A program made the position numbers and the translations under genes. DNA of 64,000 nt from an uncultured Gemmatimonadales bacterium (GTDB lineage: Bacteria; Gemmatimonadota; Gemmatimonadetes; Gemmatimonadales; GWC2-71-9): assembly GCA_963821525.1 (NCBI GenBank), contig CAWGED010000012.1, positions 96,001 through 160,000 on the forward strand, in the 5' to 3' direction. Below are positions 30,159 through 41,088 of this stretch, piece after piece. Within the stretch, counting starts at the first letter, position 1. The number at the start of each line of letters is the position of its first letter. Under the pieces are notes generated by a model that had not been told where the DNA came from, searched no databases, and saw only the letters and a list, made by a program, of their open reading frames with translations.

Positions 30159-31899
30159 ATGAAACCGCCCACCGAGCAGGGACCGAGCCGGGAGTCGCTC
30201 GCTAACAACCAGCCGGGGAGCCCCCGGGAGCAACTCGAAGCCGAGATAGCTGCTCTGCGCATCAGGCTGGAGGAGAGCGAGGAGACAATCCAGGCTATCC
30301 GGTCGGGAGCGGTGGACGCCTTTCTGGTCGAGGGTCCCGACGGAGAAAAGGTGTACGCCCTGGAATCGGCGGATCGTCCTTATCGGATCCTCGTCGAGTG
30401 CATGAACGAAGGGGCGATTACCCTGAGCGCCCAGGGCAACATCCTGTATTGCAACCCCCATTTCGCCGAGATGCTGGGGAGGTCCGCCGAAAGTCTCATG
30501 GGCCACGCCATGTGCGACGTGGTCGTCTCCACCGATCGCGACGAGTGCACCAGGATGCTCGAGGTCGCCAAGACGGTGCCGACGGAAGGTGAAGTCCTGC
30601 TCGAGCGTGGCGATGGAACCATCGATTCCGGTCCACCTCACCCTGAGCCCGCTTCCTATCGAAGGCGCCGCGGTCGTCTGCGGCGTCGTCACCGACCTCA
30701 CCGAGCACAAGCACAACGTGGAGCTGAGGGTCGCCCAGGCCGCGTTGCATGATAGCGAGGCACGCTACCGGCAGGCCGACAAGCAGAAGGACGAGTTCCT
30801 GGCGATCCTCGCCCACGAGCTCCGGAATCCGCTCGCCCCGGCCACCAACGCGCTGCACATTCTGCAGATCAAGGCGCCGCCGATCCCGGAGCTGCAATGG
30901 GCCCGGGAAGTCATCGCAACCCAGGTCCAGCGGATGACCCGACTGATCGACGACCTCATGGACGTCAGCCGCATCACCAGTAACAAGCTGACGCTGAGAG
31001 TGGAGCGGGTGGAGCTGGCCAGGGTAATCGAAGAAGCGCTCACCAACAGCCGTCCATTCATCGACGAGTCGCAGCACCAGCTGAGAGTGGTGCTCCCGAG
31101 GGAGTCGGTGCTGCTCAACGCCGACCTCGTTCGCATGGCCCAAGTTCTGTCCAACCTGCTGATCAACGCCGCCAAGTATACCAACCCCGGTGGTACCATC
31201 GCTTTGCGGGCGGAGCGCCAGGACGGAGAGGCCGTGATCTCGATCAAAGACTCCGGAATCGGCATTCCCCCGGAGTTGCTGCCCAGAATCTTTGACATGT
31301 TCATGCAGGGAGACCGGACCCTGACCCGCACTCACGGCGGCCTCGGTATCGGCCTCACCCTGGTGAAGCGACTGGTGGAAATGCATGGGGGAAGCGTCGA
31401 GGCATGGAGCGAAGGGAAAGACAAGGGAAGTGAGTTCACCATCCGGATCCCCGCCCTGGTGGATCCGCGCAACCGGGAGCGCGACGCCATCCCCGCCGAC
31501 GACTCCATGCCGAAGGGTCACCGGCGCATCCTGATCGTCGATGATAACGAGCTGTCGGCCAACAGCCTGAGCATTCTGCTGGGCATGGCAGGGAACGAGA
31601 CCCGCACCGCGTACGACGGAGCCGAAGCGGTTGCCACCGCCGAGACCTTCCGGCCCGACGTGGTGCTGCTGGACCTCGGCCTTCCCCTGATGGACGGCTA
31701 TGAGACCTGCACCCGGATCCGGCAGCAACCATGGGGCAAGGACATCCTGGTGGTCGCCTTGACCGGGTGGGGACAGGCCGAGGACCGCCGCCGCAGCACC
31801 GAAGCCGGGTTCGATCGCCACATCGTGAAACCGGCGGATCCGGTTCAGTTGATGAAGTTGCTGGCCGAGTTGGAGGCGGCAAAGGAGCAGGCTTCATGA
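30159..31899 (+). CDS. hybrid PAS histidine kinase; frameshift near 30620
   Basis: EETIQAIRSGAVDA, PAS, LAHELRNPL, HATPase, REC (VDDN, LDLGLP). Confidence 0.9.
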
Positions 31900-31921
31900 T
31901 CTGAGCAGTTTCCGCCGGCGC

Positions 31922-31976
31922 ACGATACCTTGACATCCGACAACAGCGTTCGTATTGTCGGATGTCGAGGTATCGT
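31922..31976 (+). promoter_or_regulatory. sigma70-like promoter inside a 22-bp inverted repeat (putative PadR operator)
   Basis: acgataccttgacatccgacaa / ttgtcggatgtcgaggtatcgt (21 of 22 match); TTGACA 31930, N17, TATTGT 31953. Confidence 0.8.
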
Positions 31977-31994
31977 CTTTTTTGGGAGAAACCG

Positions 31995-32324
31995 ATGGAT
32001 CAGCGCGCCGACTTGCTCCAGGGCACTCTGGACCTGCTCATCCTCAAGACGCTCGTGCTGGGACCGCTCCATGGCTGGGGCATCTCCAAGCGGCTGCGCC
32101 AGCTGTCGGACGAGGTATTTGAAGTCGGACAAGGCAGCCTCTACCCCGCCCTCTACCGGCTCGAAGACCAGGGCTGGATCACAGCCGAATGGGGCACCAG
32201 CCCGGATGGTCGTCGCGCCAAATTCTATACGTTGACGGCCGCCGGAAAAAAGCAGTTTGCCGCTGAGCGCTCTCAGTGGCGGCTCTTCTCCGGAGCAGTG
32301 GAGCAGGTCCTCAAGGCAACCTGA
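31995..32324 (+). CDS. PadR family transcriptional regulator
   Basis: [37 protein letters not shown]. Confidence 0.93.
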   Translation: MDQRADLLQGTLDLLILKTLVLGPLHGWGISKRLRQLSDEVFEVGQGSLYPALYRLEDQGWITAEWGTSPDGRRAKFYTLTAAGKKQFAAERSQWRLFSGAVEQVLKAT

Positions 32325-32326
32325 CG

Positions 32327-34975
32327 ATGGCGCTCTCCTGGTGGTCACGGCTGTCGCGTCGCTTCACCGCCCTTCGCAAAGGCGAGCGGCTCGACCACGA
32401 GCTGGACGCCGAGATCCGCTTGCACCTCGACTTGGAGGCGGAAGAGCTGGCCCGCACCCGGGGCCTCGACCCGGGAGAGGCGAGGCGCCAGGCACTGGTC
32501 GCCTTCGGGGGAGTCGACAGATATAAGGAAGCACATCGGGACGCGCGGGGAGTCCGCTGGGCGAGTGACCTGGGACAGGACCTCCACTATGCCGCCCGCA
32601 GCCTCCGGCGCAGTCCCGGTTTCTCGCTCTCCGCGATTCTCGTCCTCGCCCTGGGCATCGGAGCATGCACCGCGGTCTTCAGCGCGGTCAATACGGTTCT
32701 CCTCGATCCGAACTACGACAATCTGGTGCGGGTCTACCAGCAGAACTCACCCACCAATCTCTGGACCCTCTCGACCGTCGACTACCGCGCGATTGAAGCG
32801 CAGCAGAAGAGCTTCTCTGCCGTCGGGGTTCTCCAGTCTCGTAGCGTGGCAGTCTCCGCCGGCGCGGATCCGACCAGAGCGCAGTCCGGCTGGGCCAGCG
32901 CCGGATTCTTCCGCGCCCTCGGTATCGAGCCGCTCCGCGGCCGGGGAATCGAGCCTGCGGACGAGGTGGTCGGCGCGCCGCCGGTCGTGGTGATCGGCTA
33001 CCGGTTCGCGGTCCACAACTTCGGCGATGTTCGAGCCGCCGTCGGGCGCACCATCACCATTGATGGCGTCGCGTTCACGGTCATCGGGGTTCTCCCGCCC
33101 TCGGTTACCGATCTGGCCGGCCGCAGGGCGGAGATCTGGCCCGCGCTGCAACTGCGTCCTCCGGAGCGGCGAGGCCCCTTCGGACTGCTGGTCATCGGCC
33201 GGCTCACGCCGAACGCGACTCTCGAGTCGGCCCGTCAGGATCTGGCCGGAATCAGCGAGCGCATCTTCCCCGAGTGGGCGGCCAGCTTCCAGGACAAGAC
33301 GGCGCGTCTTACTCCTTACCCACTGCGGACGGCGGTGCTGGGGAATTCGAAACAGATGCTCACCATCTTCTCCGCCGCAGTCGGTCTGGTGTTGCTCATT
33401 GCCATCGCCAATGTCGCGAGCCTCATGCTGGTCCGGGTAACGGGCCGGGGACAGGAGATCGCTCTGCGCACGGTGCTGGGCGCAACCCGCAGTCGGCTGC
33501 TCCGGCTCCTGGTCACCGAGAGTGTCACCCTCGCGGCCGCCGGCGCCTTGCTCGGGATTCTCCTCGGCGCGCTGGCCCTCCAGGCGCTGGTCGCGTTCGG
33601 ACCTGCTCTCCCCCGTCTCAGCGAGGCTCGGCTCGATGGTCGAGCGGTGGCATTTGCGGCGGGGTTGGCGCTCTTCGCCGGGCTCATCATCGGCGCCTAC
33701 CCAACCCTCTCACTGATGCGGGGCAATCCCGCTCCCGGATTGCGAGAGGGAGAACGAACCATTGGCGGTACCCGGCGCTCGCAGGCGATTCGCGGAGCAT
33801 TCGTCGTGGCGGAGATCGCGCTCTCGCTCCCGCTCCTCGCCATCGCGGGACTTCTGCTCAACAGCTTCCTGCGGCTTTCCCGAGTGGATCCGGGATTCGA
33901 TCCAAGGCAGATCCTGACGCTGCGGGTTCAGCTTCCCTCGTCGCGCTACGCCAATGACACCACCATTTCGGGATATTGGGCCCACGCGATTCCTCTAGTG
34001 AAACAAGTGGCGGGAGTCGTGGATGCGGGACTCGGGTCATCCATCCCACCCGATGACCAGGGCTGGAGCAACAACAATTTCGATCTGGTGGACCGGCCAG
34101 TTCCCTCAGGCACTGCCCAACCTACCTCGGCCTGGCCGAGTGTGACCTCGGAATACTTTGCTGCGCTGGGAGTCCCGCTGCTCGAGGGTCGACTCTTCAC
34201 TCCGGGCGACACCGCATCGGGAGACAGCGTCTCGGTCCCTCCCGTAGTGGTGGTGAGCCGGACCTGGGCCAGGCGTTATTTCCCGGACGGAACCGCGGTT
34301 GGCCGGCGCCTCATTTCAGGCGGTTGCACGAGCTGTCCATTCACGACGGTGGTCGGAATCGTGGGAGACATCAAATACGAGGGACTGAGCGGCAGAGCCG
34401 ATGCAGTCTACGGCCCCGCCACGGAGGGCTGGGGGCAGGACATGACTCTCTTCGTACGCACCGCGGGCTCTCCCGCCGAGGTACTCGATCGAGTCCGCAC
34501 AGCGCTCCGGTCGGTGGACCCCGATGTCCCGCTCGACGACGCCGCGCCGATGGAAGACCGGGTGTACCGGTCGGTGGCTCAGCCGAGGAATTGGATGGTG
34601 TTGTTGAGCGGATTCGCCACGACCGCACTGCTTCTGGCCGGCGTGGGCATCTTCGGCATGCTCTCGTATACGGTGCGCGCTCGACGCAGAGAAATTGGCG
34701 TGCGGATGGCGCTCGGCGCTCGTCAGCCTGCCGTGGTGGGTATGATCGTGCGGCGCGGCATGCGGCACGCACTGCTCGGTACGGCACTCGGCTTGGCTGC
34801 CGCGCTCGCCGGAACTCGCGCACTCCACAGCACGCTGTTCGACCTCAGTACTACCGATCCGCTGACCCTCGCCGCCGTGACGCTCCTGCTCCTCGGCGTC
34901 GCACTCATCGCCTGCTGGCTACCGGCCCGCCAGGCGGCGGCGATTGATCCGGTTGAGGTGATTCGACTCGAGTAG
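32327..34975 (+). CDS. duplicated MacB/FtsX-type ABC permease (ADOP-like)
   Basis: [50 protein letters not shown]. Confidence 0.92.
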   Translation: MALSWWSRLSRRFTALRKGERLDHELDAEIRLHLDLEAEELARTRGLDPGEARRQALVAFGGVDRYKEAHRDARGVRWASDLGQDLHYAARSLRRSPGFSLSAILVLALGIGACTAVFSAVNTVLLDPNYDNLVRVYQQNSPTNLWTLSTVDYRAIEAQQKSFSAVGVLQSRSVAVSAGADPTRAQSGWASAGFFRALGIEPLRGRGIEPADEVVGAPPVVVIGYRFAVHNFGDVRAAVGRTITIDGVAFTVIGVLPPSVTDLAGRRAEIWPALQLRPPERRGPFGLLVIGRLTPNATLESARQDLAGISERIFPEWAASFQDKTARLTPYPLRTAVLGNSKQMLTIFSAAVGLVLLIAIANVASLMLVRVTGRGQEIALRTVLGATRSRLLRLLVTESVTLAAAGALLGILLGALALQALVAFGPALPRLSEARLDGRAVAFAAGLALFAGLIIGAYPTLSLMRGNPAPGLREGERTIGGTRRSQAIRGAFVVAEIALSLPLLAIAGLLLNSFLRLSRVDPGFDPRQILTLRVQLPSSRYANDTTISGYWAHAIPLVKQVAGVVDAGLGSSIPPDDQGWSNNNFDLVDRPVPSGTAQPTSAWPSVTSEYFAALGVPLLEGRLFTPGDTASGDSVSVPPVVVVSRTWARRYFPDGTAVGRRLISGGCTSCPFTTVVGIVGDIKYEGLSGRADAVYGPATEGWGQDMTLFVRTAGSPAEVLDRVRTALRSVDPDVPLDDAAPMEDRVYRSVAQPRNWMVLLSGFATTALLLAGVGIFGMLSYTVRARRREIGVRMALGARQPAVVGMIVRRGMRHALLGTALGLAAALAGTRALHSTLFDLSTTDPLTLAAVTLLLLGVALIACWLPARQAAAIDPVEVIRLE

Positions 34976-35075
34976 CCGTCAGGCATCAGCCATCAGCCGT
35001 CAGACCCGAGGCGACAGTCTACGCCGATTGTTGAGTGTTGATGACTGACCGCTGACGGCTATCGGCTGACGGCTG
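34974..35075. repeat. inverted pair of heptamer arrays (AGCCRTC)n / (CGGCTGA)n between convergent genes
   Basis: agccgtc-aggcatc-agccatc-agccgtc ... tgactga-ccgctga-cggctat-cggctga. Confidence 0.8.
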
Positions 35076-36020
35076 CAGTTCCAGCTCCCAAACCTGCCCC
35101 ACCAACCCCTCCCCGAAAAGCTGATGCGGTTCCTGGTGGACCAGCTGGTAGCCCGCTTCCTCATACAGGTGTCGAGCGGCGTGAAGTACGTCGTTGGTCC
35201 ATAGAGTGATGCGGTGATAACCAGCCTGGGTGGCGAAGCGAGTGCATTCGGCCACCAGCCTGCGCCCAATGCCACGGCCGCGCGCGGAAGGTTCCACCAG
35301 CAGCAGGCGCAGCTTGGCGGTGTCTGATCGTTCCGGGTGCTTCACCAGGAAGACCGATCCCAGAAGCTCTCCATGATCGCCCTCGGCAATCCAGCAGCGT
35401 TCTCTGGCAGGGTCGAACTGCTCGACGAAGTCGGCCACGATTCGTGAGACCAGCGCCTCGAACCGCCAATCCCATCCGTATTCCTGCGCGTACAGCGCGC
35501 CGTGCCGCTGCACCACCCATCCCATGTCGCCGGCCCGAGGCTCGCGCAGCATGATGATTCCGGGCTTCGGGGAAGATTGCTCCGAGGCCGGATCGAGTTG
35601 CCGCTGAACCGTCTCCAACGCTTCGACCAGCTTCGCCTGACTGGGTGCTGAAAGATCTCGCAGCCAGGTCTCCACCTGGCGATCCGCCTCCGCGTCGAGC
35701 GAGGCAAAGGCGCGCCGGCCCTTCGGGGTGAGACGAAGGGAGCGCTGGCGGCGATCCGTGGGCGAGGAAAGGCGAGCGATGAGACCGCGGCGTTCGAGAC
35801 CCCGAAGCATACGGCTCAGATACCCGGCATCGATCTCGAGTGCCCTGCCCAGCTCGGTAGCTGTCGAGGCTTCGCAATTGGCCAGCTCGTAGAGCAGGCG
35901 TACCTCGGCAAGAGAGAAGGGACTGTCGAGCAGTCCCTGGTTCAGGACTCCGATCCGGCGAGTGTAGAACCGATTGAACCGGCGGATGGCGTCGACGCGG
36001 GGATTAGGGGCTGCGGACAT
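35019..36020 (-). CDS. bifunctional MarR-type HTH / GNAT acetyltransferase
   Basis: IRRFNRFYTRRIGVL, IDAGYLSR, DRRQRSLRLT; GDMGWVVQRHG, LLVEPSARGRGIG, LWTND. Confidence 0.92.
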   Translation of the reverse strand: MSAAPNPRVDAIRRFNRFYTRRIGVLNQGLLDSPFSLAEVRLLYELANCEASTATELGRALEIDAGYLSRMLRGLERRGLIARLSSPTDRRQRSLRLTPKGRRAFASLDAEADRQVETWLRDLSAPSQAKLVEALETVQRQLDPASEQSSPKPGIIMLREPRAGDMGWVVQRHGALYAQEYGWDWRFEALVSRIVADFVEQFDPARERCWIAEGDHGELLGSVFLVKHPERSDTAKLRLLLVEPSARGRGIGRRLVAECTRFATQAGYHRITLWTNDVLHAARHLYEEAGYQLVHQEPHQLFGEGLVGQVWELELQPSADSRQRSVINTQQSA

Positions 36021-36062
36021 GGGGCCTCGACCACGTGGCTGATCAGGCCAATGTCAAGCAAT

Positions 36063-36081
36063 TACTTGCTTCTGTCAAGTA
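36063..36081. promoter_or_regulatory. palindromic operator upstream of the MarR-GNAT gene
   Basis: TACTTG-N7-CAAGTA overlapping a minus-strand TTGACA. Confidence 0.55.
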
Positions 36082-36193
36082 TATGCCCGGAGCACCCACT
36101 CGGGGGGCGGGCCCCCTCACCCGTCCTGGTGCGGCGAGAAACGCTGCCTGACGGAGTATGGCCTGCCGGGTCTGAGAACGATTAAGCTTAAAG

Positions 36194-36598
36194 GTGGCCG
36201 ATTCCACTCGTCTTCCGGCCCCCGCGTTCGCTCTGACCCCGCGCGAGGAGCCGGCTGCAACGCCGAATGTGCGCCCGGGCCGCCCGCACCTCGTAGTGGT
36301 CGTCACCCGCGAGGTAGGCCGGAAGGACAAGGCGCCGGCCAACGCTCTGCTCATGACCCGCTTCTGGCACCCGCGGGATCATCGCTGGAGCGAGAACTTC
36401 TTCGAGTCGTTGGAGCACGCGGTGCGGTTGTTCGTGGATGAGAGCGGATGGGTTCTGCGCCAGCAACAGGCGCTGGATGGCACGCATGCCTATGAGCTCG
36501 TCTTCGAAGCGCGCCGGGAGGACTTCACCGGCCCCAGCACCAAGCAGATCCTCGAGGAAGTGGGTCTGGATCCCTCAGAGGTGGAACGAAAACTCTAG
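36194..36598 (+). CDS. hypothetical protein
   Basis: intact ORF with globular composition filling the gap. Confidence 0.65.
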   Translation: MADSTRLPAPAFALTPREEPAATPNVRPGRPHLVVVVTREVGRKDKAPANALLMTRFWHPRDHRWSENFFESLEHAVRLFVDESGWVLRQQQALDGTHAYELVFEARREDFTGPSTKQILEEVGLDPSEVERKL

Positions 36599-36631
36599 CC
36601 CCTCCCTCGAACACAGCTACCTCAACGACTC

Positions 36632-37003
36632 ATGTCCCGAACGCTGCTCTGGCGTCTCGTCGCGCTCGCGCTTCCGCTCCTGACCGGCCTGCTCGGTGCC
36701 TTCAACGGCCCCGAGGCGTTCCGGGACGCGACGACGGCCGGCCAGCGGGTCGCCGCAGGGACTCAAACAGCATACGGAATCCTTGGCCTCACCAGTACGA
36801 TCGGCCTCGCCCAGGGTCGCGCGTGGGCTCGGATATCGCTTATCGCATGGGCAATTCTGCTCTGCATTACCGGAGGCATGGCACCGGTGGTCTGGGGTGG
36901 CACGGGAGTGAGCACGGGGCTGCTGGCACTCCTCGCTACCGCGACAATCGCCGCCGCTGCGGTCTGGCTCGGGTGGCGGGCTTTAGAGGTGCGAAATGAT
37001 TAA
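36632..37003 (+). CDS. small 4-TM membrane protein
   Basis: four hydrophobic helices. Confidence 0.7.
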   Translation: MSRTLLWRLVALALPLLTGLLGAFNGPEAFRDATTAGQRVAAGTQTAYGILGLTSTIGLAQGRAWARISLIAWAILLCITGGMAPVVWGGTGVSTGLLALLATATIAAAAVWLGWRALEVRND

Positions 37004-37361
37004 TCCACCGATCATCGTGGATGCTCGCGGAGGCATACTCATCTTCCGCAATCCGGCGGAAGTCCACCGGGAGCTGGATCCGGCGCGGGTCCGCAATGGC
37101 GACTATCCGGCCGCCTACGACTGGAACGGCCGTCTGTTGCGCATTCAGGTCCGGCTCGAGGAACATTCGTTCTTTGGGATGTTCAAGCGGATCACGGAAC
37201 ACATCGAGATTTTCGAGACCGAGCACATCCCCACCCACGAAATCGCCTTGCGGGAGCTGGTGTCCCGGTTCATTCATCCCGGGCCTGCCGCCCAGCCGGA
37301 CGGAACAGTCGAACCGCTGGCCGGCCTCATTCGAATCAAGGCCATCGCGGGAACCCGCTGA
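36996..37361 (+). CDS. hypothetical protein
   Basis: start overlaps the upstream stop; AYDWNGRLL segment. Confidence 0.6.
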   Translation: MINPPIIVDARGGILIFRNPAEVHRELDPARVRNGDYPAAYDWNGRLLRIQVRLEEHSFFGMFKRITEHIEIFETEHIPTHEIALRELVSRFIHPGPAAQPDGTVEPLAGLIRIKAIAGTR

Positions 37362-37390
37362 ACGGCCACCAAGGATGGAGCCTGGCTGCC

Positions 37391-38728
37391 ATGCCCCGGG
37401 GTCTACTGCTGTTCGGCGGATTCCTCGCGATGCTGGCCGGGCACCAGCCGCAGGCGATCATCGAAGGCCGGATCCTGGACGCCGCTGGGGGCCCGCTGGC
37501 CGATGCCGGCGTTGTCCTGATCCGCCCACCCATCCTCACCCTCGCCCAGTCCACCACGTCCGCGGACGGAACCTTCCGCCTGGAAGTCTCCGACACCGGC
37601 GCCGCGCAACTCCAGTTCTTCGCTCCAGGGAAAGGCTATTTCTATCTCCCGATTCTGGTTGACCCTGCCCTGCACGCGACGCTCGAAGTCCGCCTCGCCG
37701 CGCAGGACGACAGCGTCGCATCGCAGGCAACGGCGCTTCGCCCCTCATCGGCGTCGGCCCGGCTCCTGGCTGTGATGGCGGACGCGGTCTCGGAACAGAG
37801 TCGATACCAGTTCTGGTCCCGCCGCGGCACTGATTCGGCCGGATACGACTGGAGACCGGCAGTTGCCAAGGCGACGAAACAACTCGGCCAGGAACGCTCG
37901 GCTCTGGTCCGTCAGGCCCTCTACCTCGAGCTGCTGCGCTTCAGGCGGCTGGGCGCTCCACTGTCCGAATCGCTGCGATCGCGTGCGCTTCGCGAAGTGC
38001 CCCCCACGGCAAGAGTCTGGGCGCTGGAACCCAACATGGCGGCGCTGGCCGGTGAGCCGTGCCGCCCCGACAAACCGATCGCTCCCTGTCTGAACTACTT
38101 CAGCGATGCGGCCACCTCCCATCCCGACACTCTGGTCCAGCAGTGGATGCTGGTGGAAGCCGTGAACCTCTCGATGGTCACGGGAGACTCGGCCCAGGCC
38201 GAGGACTTCCTGCAACGGCTGGAGCAGGAACACCCAGAATCTCCGCTGCTTGGCTTCGCCCGCGGCATCCTTGAGCCCAGACCCACCGCCAGCGTTGGAG
38301 GGCCACTTCCGGACCTGAGAGTCTCGGCTCTGGAAGACTCATCGGTGGTTTTCGACAACGAGTCGCTGCTGGGAAAGACGGTGTTGATCGATGTCTGGGC
38401 GACCTGGTGCGACAGCTGCGTGGCCGAGCTCCCAGGATTGCTGCAGGCCTATCGCGACTATCACGACAGGGGACTCGAGGTCCTGGGAGTGTCCTTCGAC
38501 GATGACCGGCAGTTGGCCCGCGATTTCAGGCGGCAGCTCAAGATGCCATGGCTCGAGGCGTTCGCCGAAGGCAACTTCGAGTCGTCGGTCGCGAAGACCC
38601 TGGGGATTACGACATTGCCGCGCCGGTTCCTCGTGGACAGCGCAGGAATCATCGTCGCGGCGGATTCAGCGCTCTTTGGCCGGAACCTGATGCCGACTTT
38701 GGAGAAGATCCTCAGTCAAACGAGGTAG
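37391..38728 (+). CDS. TlpA/redoxin family disulfide reductase with N-terminal carboxypeptidase-regulatory-like domain
   Basis: signal peptide; IEGRILDAAGGPLADA; GKTVLIDVWATWCDSCVAELP; GITTLP. Confidence 0.88.
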   Translation: MPRGLLLFGGFLAMLAGHQPQAIIEGRILDAAGGPLADAGVVLIRPPILTLAQSTTSADGTFRLEVSDTGAAQLQFFAPGKGYFYLPILVDPALHATLEVRLAAQDDSVASQATALRPSSASARLLAVMADAVSEQSRYQFWSRRGTDSAGYDWRPAVAKATKQLGQERSALVRQALYLELLRFRRLGAPLSESLRSRALREVPPTARVWALEPNMAALAGEPCRPDKPIAPCLNYFSDAATSHPDTLVQQWMLVEAVNLSMVTGDSAQAEDFLQRLEQEHPESPLLGFARGILEPRPTASVGGPLPDLRVSALEDSSVVFDNESLLGKTVLIDVWATWCDSCVAELPGLLQAYRDYHDRGLEVLGVSFDDDRQLARDFRRQLKMPWLEAFAEGNFESSVAKTLGITTLPRRFLVDSAGIIVAADSALFGRNLMPTLEKILSQTR

Positions 38729-38740
38729 GATACCTCTACC

Positions 38741-38928
38741 AAAACTCACCGCGGAGCACGCGGAAACAAGCGGAAGAACGCGGAAGGGATTCATAAGTAT
38801 TCAGGAGAAGCCGCCACGCCGAAAAAGCTTACCCGGTATTGTTTGTAGCTTGATCCGTCTCCTGAATACCCATAAACCACTTCCGCGTGCATCCGCTTGT
38901 TTCCGCGTGCTCCGCGGTATGCAGTTTT
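38741..38928. repeat. long imperfect inverted repeat (about 67-bp arms), REP/MITE-like
   Basis: accgcggagcacgcggaaacaagcgga...gtattcaggaga versus tctcctgaatac...tccgcttgtttccgcgtgctccgcggt. Confidence 0.85.
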
Positions 38929-38944
38929 CTAACTCGTCTCAGTT

Positions 38945-39379
38945 TCAGCTTCCTTCACTCGAACCATGCCCTGCACTTCCCTCGAAGATCCCAGGCCCGC
39001 CCAACAGCCGGTACATCGCATAAAGCCCCGTGATCGCGAGCCCACCAGCCAGGGCCGTCTGGCTGACCGAAAACTTCCGCTGTTCCAGCCGGCCCAGCGC
39101 ATTCACCGGAATCGCCACCTGTTCACGCTGCCAGTCGGACTCGATTCCGCGGTTATTCGCGGTGGTAAGTATCGCGAGGCGGAGGGCGATCGAATCCGAC
39201 GGCAGTACTTCTCCCTGTACCTGGGTCACCCCGGGACCGAGCTGAGAAGTCATCTCGATGCTGCCCTGATCGGTGAGCTCAGCCGAAACCCGGGAACCAG
39301 TCTCGGGCGGCGTCGATGGAAGTGGGCGGTAGGTGTAGCAACCCACGATCAGCGGGACTAGCATGATTTCGGTACGCAC
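38945..39379 (-). CDS. hypothetical lipoprotein/membrane protein
   Basis: GTG start with GGAGG; LIVGCYTYRP; C-terminal hydrophobic helix. Confidence 0.7.
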   Translation of the reverse strand: MRTEIMLVPLIVGCYTYRPLPSTPPETGSRVSAELTDQGSIEMTSQLGPGVTQVQGEVLPSDSIALRLAILTTANNRGIESDWQREQVAIPVNALGRLEQRKFSVSQTALAGGLAITGLYAMYRLLGGPGIFEGSAGHGSSEGS

Positions 39380-39397
39380 ACCGGCCTCCCGGAAGAA

Positions 39398-39485
39398 GGA
39401 GTAGGGAGTGGGTGGTAGGAGGTAGGGCTGCAACCCCACGGTCAGGACGTGGGCCCTACTCACTACTCCCTGCTCCCTACCACCT
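39398..39485. repeat. inverted pair of heptamer arrays (GGAGTAG)n / (CCTACTC)n
   Basis: ggagtag-ggagtgg-gtggtag-gaggtag ... cctactc-actactc-cctgctc-cctacca. Confidence 0.8.
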
Positions 39486-39517
39486 GGCACTCATTTACCA
39501 GATCTCGAATCCCACAC

Positions 39518-41080
39518 TCAGTTGGCCAACGGCGTCGAGGTCGAATAGTTCAGCACCGTGCACGCGTTGGGGTCGTTCGCATTGCGACCCACCGGATCAA
39601 CGTTTGGCGTGTTGGGATTCGCGTTGATTTCGGTTTGCCCATAGGGCAGCCGCCCTGGAATGGGCGTGGTCGCAGGTTGGTTGCTGCCAACCGGAGCCGC
39701 AAAGGCCAGAGATGGCAGGCAGGTACGTTTGTAGTCGTTCCATACTTCCATGTTCAGGAAGAGCGTCACGTACTTCTCCTCCATGATGTTCTGCAGCGTC
39801 GCGGGAACCGATCCGAGGGCCGGGAACGTCACCGTAGCTCCTCCGGTCGACCCGTAGACCCGGTTGGCCCGCACCGCATCGAGATATGGCTGAGCCGCCC
39901 CTTGTCCGCCGGCGTGAAATGCCGCCTCGGCGCCGATCAATTGGGTTTCGGCCCAGGTGATGATCGGGTGACGGAAGTCTCCCGGAGAAATGTTGGGATC
40001 GATGAACGTGAAGCCGGAGTAGTGTCCCAGCGCTGAACCGTTGCCGTCATAAACTCCGCCCGTGGTGACCAGTCCGGTTGAGCCCGCTGGGCGATACCCG
40101 AAGAAGTCGTTGGGAGCCCCGGGCGGGTCCGCCGGCGTGAAGTAGAAGTTGAGCCGGGCGTCGTCCTCCAGACCCTGCGCAATACGCCGCTTCAGGATCT
40201 CGATGAGTGCCGCCCCAGGGGCGATGTCGGTCCGGGTGGCCTGGAACTGCCACCACACGCTCTGCCCGGTGGGGGAGAGATCGTGGAACCAGAGCATGTC
40301 GTTATCCGGCGAGCTGATCCCCTGCGGAACCTCGGCAAGGGCCAGCGCATAGTTGGCCGGATCCACCTCCGCCAGGTGCATGTAGAAGCGGGCCTTGAGT
40401 GAATGCGCTACTTCCAGGTAGGTGGCTTGAAGGTCCGCGGCATCCCTTCCGCCGTAGATGATTTCGGCGGCGTCGGCAACCGGCCCGGCGTTAAGGCCGC
40501 CGAGCTGGACCGCCAGATACACGGTGATGGCCGAATCGAGCTCGGCCAGCACGTCCTGATACACCTGGAGCTGAGGGTCAAAGGCCGGGGTTTCGTTATT
40601 TGAATCGGCGGCCTCGCGATAGGGAACGTCCCCCCACAAGTCGGCCGCGGTCCCCATCACGAGGGCTTCGTAGACCTTCCCGATGCCGACGTAGATGGAG
40701 TCTCCCAGACGATGACCCAGCTGCTCCATCTTGCGGATGTCGAGCAAGCCACCACCACCGGTGATGGTTCGCGAGGTTCCGTACACTGCGCTGAAGTAGG
40801 TGTCGATGTCCGGTGGCGCGATGAAGCCGCGGTCGTACCCCACCTGCTGCCGGCCGTTGCCCGAGATCTGCTGCATGTACATCAGAGCACTCCGGGCCAG
40901 CTGACCTTCGAACTGCACCGACTGCAGCGCCTGGATCGAAGTGTAGAGCGGGCCAGGTTTGGACAATTCAGTCGTCCCGTTGGGATTCTGGTCGATGCCG
41001 GGTCCGGTGAGGAAGTTGTCGCACGCGGTAGACAGCATCGTCAGGGCCGCGCACATGACCAGTTTGCGAGAGCGTGTCAT
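39518..41080 (-). CDS. SusD/RagB family outer-membrane lipoprotein
   Basis: lipobox STAC; DLWGDVPYREA; AHSLKARFYMH; EVWNDYKRT; downstream of the SusC-like gene. Confidence 0.9.
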   Translation of the reverse strand: MTRSRKLVMCAALTMLSTACDNFLTGPGIDQNPNGTTELSKPGPLYTSIQALQSVQFEGQLARSALMYMQQISGNGRQQVGYDRGFIAPPDIDTYFSAVYGTSRTITGGGGLLDIRKMEQLGHRLGDSIYVGIGKVYEALVMGTAADLWGDVPYREAADSNNETPAFDPQLQVYQDVLAELDSAITVYLAVQLGGLNAGPVADAAEIIYGGRDAADLQATYLEVAHSLKARFYMHLAEVDPANYALALAEVPQGISSPDNDMLWFHDLSPTGQSVWWQFQATRTDIAPGAALIEILKRRIAQGLEDDARLNFYFTPADPPGAPNDFFGYRPAGSTGLVTTGGVYDGNGSALGHYSGFTFIDPNISPGDFRHPIITWAETQLIGAEAAFHAGGQGAAQPYLDAVRANRVYGSTGGATVTFPALGSVPATLQNIMEEKYVTLFLNMEVWNDYKRTCLPSLAFAAPVGSNQPATTPIPGRLPYGQTEINANPNTPNVDPVGRNANDPNACTVLNYSTSTPLAN

Positions 41081-41088
41081 GGCCGGCC

